A stretch of 32,000 bases of DNA from Nitrosococcus watsonii C-113 (GTDB lineage Bacteria > Pseudomonadota > Gammaproteobacteria > Nitrosococcales > Nitrosococcaceae). Position numbers and translations under genes: made by a program. Location: assembly GCF_000143085.1 (NCBI RefSeq), contig NC_014315.1:638307-670306 (forward strand), written 5' to 3'. Below are positions 8,948-16,480 of this stretch, one piece after another (the stretch's first letter is position 1; the number at the start of each line of letters is the position of its first letter). Below the pieces are notes generated by a model, which worked only from the letters and a program-made list of their open reading frames with translations, was not told the DNA's origin and did no database searches.

Positions 8948-10156
8948 GTGTCCTCGAAAGATAAAAAAGCTATGACGACAGTATTTCGTGCTTATTCTCA
9001 ATCCGATGCTTTGCGCTCTGATCGCAGCGCGAGGGATCGGTTGCGGCATCGACAGAAGGTTCGCAAAGCCATCCGTGATAATGTAGCTGACATTGTTGCT
9101 GAGGAGTCGATTATTGGCCGAAGCCGTGATCGTATTGTTAAAGTTCCCATTCGAGGTATTCGGGAATATCGTTTTGTTTATGGACAGAATACGCCAGGGG
9201 TAGGCACAGGCCAAGGGGATTCGGAGCCAGGCCAAACCGTTGGCCAGGCCCCTCAAGGAGATGGCGGCCCGGGTCATGCGGGTGGTCGTCCCGGCATGGA
9301 TTATTATGAGACGGAAATCACCCTGGAAGAGCTGATCGAGATCATGCTCGAAGACCTGGAGCTGCCAGATATGGAACGTAAACGTTTCCGTGAAGTGTTA
9401 TCGGAGCGTACCAGTAAACGAAAGGGTTTTCGCCGGGTTGGCGTGCGAGTCCATATGGATAAGCGACGCACGGCTAAATCTCGTATTCGACGGCGCTTAG
9501 CAAGCGATAAAGCCACGGGAGATAATGAGGCGAAGCACCGTTTCCCCTTCCATCGGGACGATATGCGCTATCATCGGCTGCGGGAGGATCTGCGTCCTCA
9601 GTCGAATGCGGTAGTGTTTTGTATTATGGATACTTCTGGCTCTATGGATACGTTAAAGAAGTACCTAGCGCGGAGCTTTTTCTTTTTGCTCTACCAGTTT
9701 GTCCGTTCCCGTTACGCTAATGTAGATGTGGTTTTTATTGCCCATCATACTAAAGCCCGGGAGGTGACGGAGGAAGAGTTTTTTCATAAAGGCGAATCGG
9801 GAGGCACCTTTATTTCTTCAGGTTATAGCAAGGCTTTAGAAGTCATTCAAAATCGTTACCACCCCTCATTGTGGAATATTTACGCTTTTCACTGCTCCGA
9901 TGGTGACAACTTTGATAGCGATAATGCTGCTACCTTAAAAGCTGCCGAGGAATTATGCCAAGTCTGTAATTTATTTGGTTATGGCGAAATTAAACCGCGG
10001 CCCTCGGGCTTCTATGAAGGGACCATGCTAGATTTGTTCCGTAATGTACGAGTGGATAATTTTCAATCGGTGTTAATCCAACGTAAGGAAGATATCTGGC
10101 CTAGTTTTAGGCAGCTGCTGTCCAGAGAGTCGGAGAGCAGCCAATATGATAAGTGA
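8948..10156 (+). CDS. yeaH: YeaH/YhbH family protein (DUF444, vWA-like)
   Basis: 402 aa in the conserved position after prkA. It has a DxSGS MIDAS-like motif (MDTSGSM). The start is GTG 8948 (GGAG 6 nt upstream) or ATG 8972. Confidence 0.88.
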   Translation: MSSKDKKAMTTVFRAYSQSDALRSDRSARDRLRHRQKVRKAIRDNVADIVAEESIIGRSRDRIVKVPIRGIREYRFVYGQNTPGVGTGQGDSEPGQTVGQAPQGDGGPGHAGGRPGMDYYETEITLEELIEIMLEDLELPDMERKRFREVLSERTSKRKGFRRVGVRVHMDKRRTAKSRIRRRLASDKATGDNEAKHRFPFHRDDMRYHRLREDLRPQSNAVVFCIMDTSGSMDTLKKYLARSFFFLLYQFVRSRYANVDVVFIAHHTKAREVTEEEFFHKGESGGTFISSGYSKALEVIQNRYHPSLWNIYAFHCSDGDNFDSDNAATLKAAEELCQVCNLFGYGEIKPRPSGFYEGTMLDLFRNVRVDNFQSVLIQRKEDIWPSFRQLLSRESESSQYDK

Positions 10157-10189
10157 ATTTGGTTGAAGTGAAAGGCTGGGATAAAAGGT

Positions 10190-11629
10190 ATGGCCAGTCA
10201 TTGGACAATTGAGGATCTTAAATATTGGGATGACAAGATTCGTGAAAAAGCCGATGAATTTGGCCTTTCTTGTTTTCCCCAGGAGTTTGAGATTTGCGAC
10301 CATACCCAAATGCTAGGCTATATGGCCTACTCGGGTATGCCAGCCCATTATCCTCACTGGTCTTATGGTAAAGCCTACGAGAAGCTCCAAACTCTTTACG
10401 AGCATGGGATGAGCGGGCTGCCCTATGAAATGGTGATTAATTCAAATCCTGCTTTGGCCTATTTAGTGCGGGAGAATTCTTTGTGTTTACAAATTCTGAC
10501 TATTGCTCATGTCTATGGGCATAATGATTTTTTCAAAAATAATTTTACCTTTCGCGATACTCAACCTGAATTAACGCTTTCTAACTTTAAACTTCGCGCT
10601 GATCGAGTACGGGACTATATTGAAGATCCCTCTATCGGACTTCATAAAACAGAAAGGCTGCTTGATGCGGCCCATGCTTTATCTTTGCAGTGCTGCAGGA
10701 ATCAAGCAATACGTAAACTGAGTGCTGACGAACAGAAAGAGCAGGTTGTGGCCGCCGCTCATCCTGCTCACGATCCCTACCAAGGATTGCATAAGCAGCG
10801 TGAGTATGTAGAGCCTGATTTGAATCGTTTTCCTTTGTTTCCTGAAGAGGATATTCTGCTGTTTATACGGGATAATAACCTTTATCTTGCCGATTGGGAG
10901 CGGGATTTGCTCACCATTGTGCATGAACAGGCACGCTATTTTATTCCTCAGATTGAAACCAAGATTATGAACGAGGGTTGGGCCAGCTATTGGCATCATA
11001 AGATCATGAATAGCATAGATTTACCTCAGGATCTCTATCTTGAATTTCTCGTTCATCACAACCAGGTGGTACGCCCCCACCCTGGCGATATTAATCCATA
11101 CTATTTAGGTTTTAAACTTTGGCATGATATCTCCCGTCGTTACCAGGAGATCTTTTCAGAAAAGGAGGGCGGCAGTAAGCTACAGAGGGAGGGACATGAA
11201 AAAATTTTCCAGGTTCGCGAGGTTGATCGGGATACTTCTTTTTTGCGCCGTTTTCTGACCGAAGAACTGATGCGCGAGATGGATATGTTTGAGTATCAGC
11301 CTAAAGGAGAAGACTTGGTTATTAGCAAGGTCTCTGATGAAGAACATTGGCATGAGATCAAAACAACCTTGCTAAAAAATGTAGGCATGGGGGGTATCCC
11401 TGTCATCCGGATTGAAGATGCTGATTATGGGCGCAATCGGCAGCTCTACCTTAAGCATGATCATGATGGTCGAGATCTCCAGACGGAATACGCCGAGAAA
11501 ACCCTTACCTACCTTTACCAGCTTTGGGGCAGAAGTGTATGGCTAGAAACCCGGATTAATGACAGAAGAGTGTGCCTAGGTTATGGGGAAGATGGATTTG
11601 TGCAAAAAACGCTAGGCCGTTTTCGTTGA
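10190..11629 (+). CDS. spoVR: SpoVR/YcgB family protein
   Basis: 479 aa and the third gene of the conserved prkA-yeaH-spoVR trio. It carries the HVYGHNDFFKNN and NEGWASYWH blocks typical of SpoVR. Confidence 0.88.
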   Translation: MASHWTIEDLKYWDDKIREKADEFGLSCFPQEFEICDHTQMLGYMAYSGMPAHYPHWSYGKAYEKLQTLYEHGMSGLPYEMVINSNPALAYLVRENSLCLQILTIAHVYGHNDFFKNNFTFRDTQPELTLSNFKLRADRVRDYIEDPSIGLHKTERLLDAAHALSLQCCRNQAIRKLSADEQKEQVVAAAHPAHDPYQGLHKQREYVEPDLNRFPLFPEEDILLFIRDNNLYLADWERDLLTIVHEQARYFIPQIETKIMNEGWASYWHHKIMNSIDLPQDLYLEFLVHHNQVVRPHPGDINPYYLGFKLWHDISRRYQEIFSEKEGGSKLQREGHEKIFQVREVDRDTSFLRRFLTEELMREMDMFEYQPKGEDLVISKVSDEEHWHEIKTTLLKNVGMGGIPVIRIEDADYGRNRQLYLKHDHDGRDLQTEYAEKTLTYLYQLWGRSVWLETRINDRRVCLGYGEDGFVQKTLGRFR

Positions 11630-11644
11630 CCATAAATGATGGGC

Positions 11645-11673
11645 TTGTCAGGAAGTATGATCGTTACTATACT
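11645..11673 (+). promoter_or_regulatory. Predicted sigma70-type promoter TTGTCA-N17-TATACT
   Basis: -35 at 11645-11650 and -10 at 11668-11673. It lies about 70 nt upstream of the 37-aa ORF. Confidence 0.4.
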
Positions 11674-11744
11674 ACGGCACTTTAGTCGCTATCTGGGCTA
11701 AATTGTCTCAATATAAAATCATCAAAATGTAAGGAGATTATAGA

Positions 11745-11858
11745 ATGGGAGCAATCCTCGAATTAGTCGATAAAATGTTCACCCCCATTGGATTTGTCGT
11801 GACTATAGGAATAATCGCCGGCATTTACTATTTTGTCCGTTGGCTTATGAAGGATTAG
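11745..11858 (+). CDS. Small hydrophobic protein, 37 aa (MGAILELVDKMFTPIGFVVTIGIIAGIYYFVRWLMKD), one predicted TM helix
   Basis: Below the ORF-track cutoff. An AAGGAG SD sequence (11731-11736) lies 8 nt before the ATG, with a candidate promoter upstream. The peptide has one clean TM segment with a C-terminal RW..K anchor. Confidence 0.4.
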   Translation: MGAILELVDKMFTPIGFVVTIGIIAGIYYFVRWLMKD

Positions 11859-12330
11859 GATAAAAAGCCAGCATGCATAAGAGGGGGATAGAAAATAGCC
11901 GTTTTTTGCCGAATTCTGACTATGTTCCCATTGAAATGCATATTGTTTAGAGTGGGATTGAATTCTAGGAGTGGAGTCTCCTTAGCAAGTTAAGAAAGTA
12001 AGCATCCCACATCTAATCTATTGTAAGAAGACGCAGGGGCACAAAAGCGTTGATGGAGATTTAGGTTAATTCAGCGTGTCTCTGCGCCTTCTAACCATTC
12101 ACTCAAAGCAGAAACCTTCCCATGCTTTTTTAGCTATTATGGTTTCCGCTTATCCTGCGTTTTCCTCTTTACTAACAGCAGACTTGAAATAGAAAATTCT
12201 TTAAATTTGCCATCAAGGAACTAAGCAGCGGTAAAGAGAACTAACATTACTAATTTTTAGCTAAAAAGCAAGTCTGGATAGGGAGTTCGGGCTGCCGCTA
12301 AATACCTAGTTGAATTCTTGATAAGGTTGT

Positions 12331-14022
12331 ATGTGTATGCAAATGATGAATATACGTCAAGCCTTCTTTGCCGTTGTGATAGGGTTAGGGAGTCTTGTTC
12401 TCCTGTTCCCTTCCATAGTGCGGTCGGCTCCCTACCAAAAGCCCCCAGCAGCTGAGAGCTTCAATCTTGCTGAGCTGGAGATCGAGCCGATGTGCCCCGA
12501 TGTGGATCCAGTTTGGCGAGAACGTCAGGTGATTGAGGGAATAACGGTGGAGGCATCGCCTCTTTGCGATCCGGATAATCCAGCAGATATCGCCACCTTC
12601 GTCAAAGGCGCGAATAATGTTTCCCATGACACCATCATGGAGACCCAGCTTGCGATGGATGTGGTCACCAAAGGCGAGGATCGGGATGGGGATGGGGATC
12701 CAGATGTCATCCATGTTCGATTAGAAGTGGCCGAGTTGAACGGATTCTCGCCAGATACTCCGGAGCCCATTCCTGCTTATTCGATTGCTCCGGGTGTTCA
12801 GCCTGGGTTCTGGGTTTTCGCCCCCAAGACTCAAGGCATGTCCACTCTTAACTTCGAGAGTTTACAAGCTAATGCTTATCTGCGAGCGCCTTCCCCCGTG
12901 ATCCGCGTTGAGCAGGGAGATACCATAAAGATTACTCTCGAGAACACCCATTATCTTCCCCATACGATCCATTTCCATGGAGTTGACCACCCTTTTGTGA
13001 CTGCAGCGGGCGAAGGGAACGACGGGGTTCCCCAAACCAGCGAGCTGCCCTTGATGCCGGGAGAGAGCCGTACTTACGAGATGACTCCCCGGCATGCGGG
13101 GACCATGCTTTACCACTGTCATGTTCAGCCCCATGCCCATATTGGAATGGGGTTGGTAGGGTTGATGGTGGTGGAAGAAAATCGTCCCAATAACTGGGTC
13201 CAGACCCTGAATGTAGGGGGAGGGCATGTACGTTATCCCTCAGTAGCGGTGAAAGAGACCTATGATCGAGAATATGACCTTCTTTATCAGAGCGTTGACA
13301 AGACCTTGGCGGATAAAATTAAGATAGCCAATGATGCGCGGTTAATCGCTAAAGGAATTAACCGTGATTATAATATTACCGAGAATCCATCTAATTATTT
13401 TTTGCTTAATGGTCGTTCTTTTCCCTATACCCTACGGGAATCGCTGATAGTGGTAAAACCCAACGAGTTAGTAAAGATTCGGATGGGGAACGCGGGTCAA
13501 GATCCTGCCTACATCCACAGTCATGGCCATAAGATGACGATTACCGCCTATGATGGAGCTCCTCATAACCCAGAAGCTTGGATCACGCGGGATGTTTATG
13601 AGCTGGGTCCCGCCCAGCGTATTGATCTTGCTTTGAATACCACTATTGACGGTTTGCATAGTTATGGAGAAGGAATCTGGCTTTTTCATGACCATACGGA
13701 GCGGGCTGTTACCACTGATGGGATGAATCCTGGCGGAGACGTGAGCAGCATTGTTTATGAGTCATTTCTTGGCGAAGAGGGTATGCCCCTCGGTAGGGGG
13801 GTTGATTTAAAACCCTATTTTAGTAAGGAGTTTTACCAAAAGGAAGTGCCGGTATGGGCAAATTTTGATCAAGAAAATCTGTTTGGCGAGATTAGCAAAG
13901 TACCAGCTCAACTTTCCATTCAGCCTGCTTTGCTGGCTTTTGGTGTGGGATTATTGCTTGGGGGTATCGTTATTGGGATTCGCTCAATCATGATCTTGAA
14001 GCGGCGCTCCAAGGAGGTATAA
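12331..14022 (+). CDS. Multicopper oxidase with two cupredoxin domains in type-C-like ligand order, an N-terminal extension and a C-terminal membrane anchor
   Basis: 563 aa with a signal-peptide-like N-terminus. Ligand motifs: HTIHFH (HxxHxH, nt 12961-12978), HCHVQPHAHIGM (HCHx3Hx4M, nt 13114-13149), HSHGH (res 396-400) and HDH (res 453-455). The C-terminal hydrophobic helix is followed by KRRSK. The start could be any of the ATGs at 12331-12346. Confidence 0.88.
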   Translation: MCMQMMNIRQAFFAVVIGLGSLVLLFPSIVRSAPYQKPPAAESFNLAELEIEPMCPDVDPVWRERQVIEGITVEASPLCDPDNPADIATFVKGANNVSHDTIMETQLAMDVVTKGEDRDGDGDPDVIHVRLEVAELNGFSPDTPEPIPAYSIAPGVQPGFWVFAPKTQGMSTLNFESLQANAYLRAPSPVIRVEQGDTIKITLENTHYLPHTIHFHGVDHPFVTAAGEGNDGVPQTSELPLMPGESRTYEMTPRHAGTMLYHCHVQPHAHIGMGLVGLMVVEENRPNNWVQTLNVGGGHVRYPSVAVKETYDREYDLLYQSVDKTLADKIKIANDARLIAKGINRDYNITENPSNYFLLNGRSFPYTLRESLIVVKPNELVKIRMGNAGQDPAYIHSHGHKMTITAYDGAPHNPEAWITRDVYELGPAQRIDLALNTTIDGLHSYGEGIWLFHDHTERAVTTDGMNPGGDVSSIVYESFLGEEGMPLGRGVDLKPYFSKEFYQKEVPVWANFDQENLFGEISKVPAQLSIQPALLAFGVGLLLGGIVIGIRSIMILKRRSKEV

Positions 14023-14029
14023 ATAGAAC

Positions 14030-15049
14030 ATGACGGGTTATCAATTATTCATAGTCAGCGCGGCGCTTATGTTGTCGTTAAGCGCCGCCGCCGTGGAATC
14101 AGCTGACGGCTCAAAGCAGAATAAGTCGCCGTCGGAGGCTGCCGCGCCGGAGCATCACCATGAGCATCCTAATGGCTCGGAATCTCAGAAAAAGTCACAG
14201 CTTGAGGCTGCGCCGGAAGAAAAAACTTCTACCCAGGTTCCGGCAACAGATGCCTCGACCGGAAGAGAAACAGTGGGAACTGAAGGGGAACCGGAGCATC
14301 ACCACCATCATGAACATGGTGCAAAGACAACAGATGTTAAGGTGACTTCCCCTCCTCAGAAAGAAGAGGGCCATATTCATCATGAATTTAAGCATGAGCA
14401 CCATATGATGGATATGGATGCTGAGGGTATGGTCATGAATGAGAACACGGATAATTTGCCCCGCGATTGCCCCAAACTTGCAGGTGATGTGGCAATTACG
14501 GTGCGAGCGGGAACTAAGTATGCTAAAGATTTTCCGGGAACGGTATTTGGCTATGATCAGCATGAGTGGAAGGTCAAGCCTTGTACCCGAATCACGGTCA
14601 CTTTTATCAATGAGGATGATATTCGCCACCAGTGGATGGTTCACATGCTGCCCGCGTATCTTTATCCTCAGGGAATGTTCCACCTTGAACTAGCTGGCCC
14701 TGGCCGCCGCACGGGAACTTTTATCGTACCGAGCGTGGAGAAAACTTATTTTGTCCATTGCGATATCGCTCAGCATACGGAAAAAGGAATGAAGGCTCAA
14801 TTGAAAGTAGGCGGTGGGGATCAGGATTTTCCTAGCATTCCTGGGTTAACCGCGCCGAATTATCCGGACTCGTATCAACAAGGAATAAGTTGGAGCGCCA
14901 TAGGTTCTTTTTTGGGCGCAGGGATAGCGGGTCTAGTTCTGGCGATGGTTGGCCTTGGTCGGCTTAGCAAAAAGGGTAAGGAATCACGGGAGCAAGTGCA
15001 GCAGGATCTCGAGTCAGAAACCAAACAGCGCAAACGGTGGTTCCTGTAA
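14030..15049 (+). CDS. Membrane-anchored type-1 (blue) copper protein / cupredoxin with a His/Met-rich N-terminal region
   Basis: 339 aa with a signal peptide. It has three His clusters (EHHHEH, EHHHHHEH, HIHHEFKHEHHMMDMD). The cupredoxin-like domain has H200...C244-x4-H249-x4-M254 (FVHCDIAQHTEKGM). A C-terminal TM helix (res about 288-311) is followed by a basic tail. The gene starts 7 nt after the MCO stop. Confidence 0.78.
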   Translation: MTGYQLFIVSAALMLSLSAAAVESADGSKQNKSPSEAAAPEHHHEHPNGSESQKKSQLEAAPEEKTSTQVPATDASTGRETVGTEGEPEHHHHHEHGAKTTDVKVTSPPQKEEGHIHHEFKHEHHMMDMDAEGMVMNENTDNLPRDCPKLAGDVAITVRAGTKYAKDFPGTVFGYDQHEWKVKPCTRITVTFINEDDIRHQWMVHMLPAYLYPQGMFHLELAGPGRRTGTFIVPSVEKTYFVHCDIAQHTEKGMKAQLKVGGGDQDFPSIPGLTAPNYPDSYQQGISWSAIGSFLGAGIAGLVLAMVGLGRLSKKGKESREQVQQDLESETKQRKRWFL

Positions 15050-15101
15050 TCAAATAGCCGACTATTATTACTGGGGAGTCATTAGGGTAAGGTCGCCCAA
15101 G

Positions 15102-15215
15102 ATAAATAACAGAACAGTTAAGTAGCAAAATGCTTACCTGTGTTTGCGGACAGGGGACGTAAGTAAATACAGGTAAGCGCGAAAGACCGTCACAAGGAAG
15201 CCCTCATATTCAACC
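15102..15215 (+). repeat. Structured intergenic element, copy 1 (10-bp perfect inverted repeat GCTTACCTGT / ACAGGTAAGC at 15132-15141 / 15169-15178)
   Basis: It shares ordered blocks with 17535-17642: ATAAATA, TTAAG, GCTTACCTGT (10/10), TAAGTAAATA (10/10), (C)AGGTA(A)GC and GGAAGC. Confidence 0.6.
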
Positions 15216-15343
15216 CCACGGCGCATTCTACTGCTTAAACGCCAAGTTTATTTATTTCGTGCCGTATCTCTAATTTGCAAAATTTTGGCTGAAGGATTGT
15301 TAAATCCTTACTTGCAGCACCAGGGTAGGGGTATAAGAAGGCA

Positions 15344-16201
15344 TTATTCCAGGATAGCTGTGCTCATAGATAAAAATGGCAAAACTCCATCTAGGCCGCT
15401 ATGATTAAGAGTTATGCGGGCTGCTGCCTGTACTTTTGGTTTAGCATGGTAAGCTATGCTAAGTCCCGCAACCTTCAACATCTCCAAATCATTAGCCCCA
15501 TCACCGATAGCGATTGTTTGCCAGGGTTTGATGGCTAATTTTTCGCATAGCATAAGTAAAAATTTGGCCTTAGCACTGGCTCCTACAATCTGGCCTGCAA
15601 GGGCACCGGTAAGCTGATTATTCCTAACTTCCAGCTGATTGGCCAACGTATAATCCAAATTGTATTCTTGCTTCAAACGCTCGGTAAAATAGGTAAAACC
15701 GCCAGAAACCAAGGCGATCTTAATATCGCGTTGTTTGAGTGCGGCGAGCAAGGCTTTCCCGCCCGGATTGAGGGTTAGATTCTTCTCATAGATTTCGGCG
15801 AGGGCATGGGCAGAAACACCTGCCAATAGCTTGACTCGTTGGATGAGCGAAGTTTCAAAATTGATTTCACCCTGCATAGCGGTGGTGGTGATTGCGCTGA
15901 CCCGTGCTTCTTTGCCGGTAAAGGCGGCAATTTCATTAATACATTCAATGTTAATAAAAGTGGAATCCATGTCGGTGATAAAAAGGCGTATTTGCTCAGG
16001 GTAGTAGTCCTCGGGAAAAAGGTTAATATCAAGATTGTTATGGGTTGAGTGTAGTATCGCTAAGGTTTGGGGGGAGAATGGCTGTTTGCTATAAAGCCGA
16101 TAATAAGATTCGTGTGAGCGAATCTCGGCATTCGTTTGTTGGGCAATCTTATTTGCGAGATCCCGAGTTAATTGGGACCCTTGAAGAATAAGCGTAGGCA
16201 T
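15344..16201 (-). CDS. serB: Phosphoserine phosphatase
   Basis: 285 aa with HAD motifs DMDSTFI (DxDxT), VSGGF and GDGANDL. An N-terminal ACT-like regulatory region is present, as in SerB. Confidence 0.88.
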   Translation of the reverse strand: MPTLILQGSQLTRDLANKIAQQTNAEIRSHESYYRLYSKQPFSPQTLAILHSTHNNLDINLFPEDYYPEQIRLFITDMDSTFINIECINEIAAFTGKEARVSAITTTAMQGEINFETSLIQRVKLLAGVSAHALAEIYEKNLTLNPGGKALLAALKQRDIKIALVSGGFTYFTERLKQEYNLDYTLANQLEVRNNQLTGALAGQIVGASAKAKFLLMLCEKLAIKPWQTIAIGDGANDLEMLKVAGLSIAYHAKPKVQAAARITLNHSGLDGVLPFLSMSTAILE

Positions 16202-16452
16202 AAATAAGAATTTTCGCTGAAATTCATAGAGAACCTAAATTGTAACATTTCAAGAAAAGCATTGAATTGAGAATATAGAGGCACCAAAGGAAGTAAAAAG
16301 ACAAGCTATATCTTTAAATTAGCCAACGGATTAATGGTGCTCCAAGCTCGTGAGTGTTATTAGCTATCATAGTACCTCTATACTGTACGAGTTATTGAGT
16401 TCTTCCGAAAGTAAATACTAAAAAAGTATTAAAAATTCGTATTTATTATGGC

Positions 16453-16480
16453 TTGACAGGCTTTACATGAGTGCTACACT
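16453..16480 (+). promoter_or_regulatory. Predicted sigma70-type promoter for amoC (TTGACA-N16-TACACT)
   Basis: Consensus -35 TTGACA at 16453-16458 and -10 TACACT at 16475-16480. This implies a 5' UTR of about 165 nt. The inverted repeat TAAATAC-N20-GTATTTA (16412-16445) lies immediately upstream. Confidence 0.45.

Noticed and set aside
8750-9277. A 175-aa minus-strand ORF spans the prkA/yeaH junction.
   Set aside because: It is antisense to two well-supported genes, has low-complexity composition and has no SD sequence. It is treated as a shadow ORF. The same reasoning applies to 14195-14683 (-), 12862-13227 (-), 12385-12714 (-), 20239-20631 (-), 26665-27057 (+), 7100-7441 (-), 10679-10999 (-), 23409-23735 (+) and the other short antisense ORFs in the track.
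12111-12267. Upstream of the MCO gene lie the inverted repeat GAAACC-N24-GGTTTC (12111-12146) and the AT palindrome TTTTTAGCTAAAAA (12254-12267). These could be copper-regulator (CueR/CopR-type) sites.
   Set aside because: The first has arms too short and a spacer too long for MerR-type operators as I know them. The second is pure AT low complexity. I cannot distinguish either from chance without comparative data.
15132-15164. A mini-ORF, ATG CTT ACC TGT GTT TGC GGA CAG GGG ACG TAA (MLTCVCGQGT), lies inside the copy-1 inverted repeat.
   Set aside because: It has only 10 codons and no SD sequence, and it is not preserved in copy 2. The conserved feature is the stem, not the frame.
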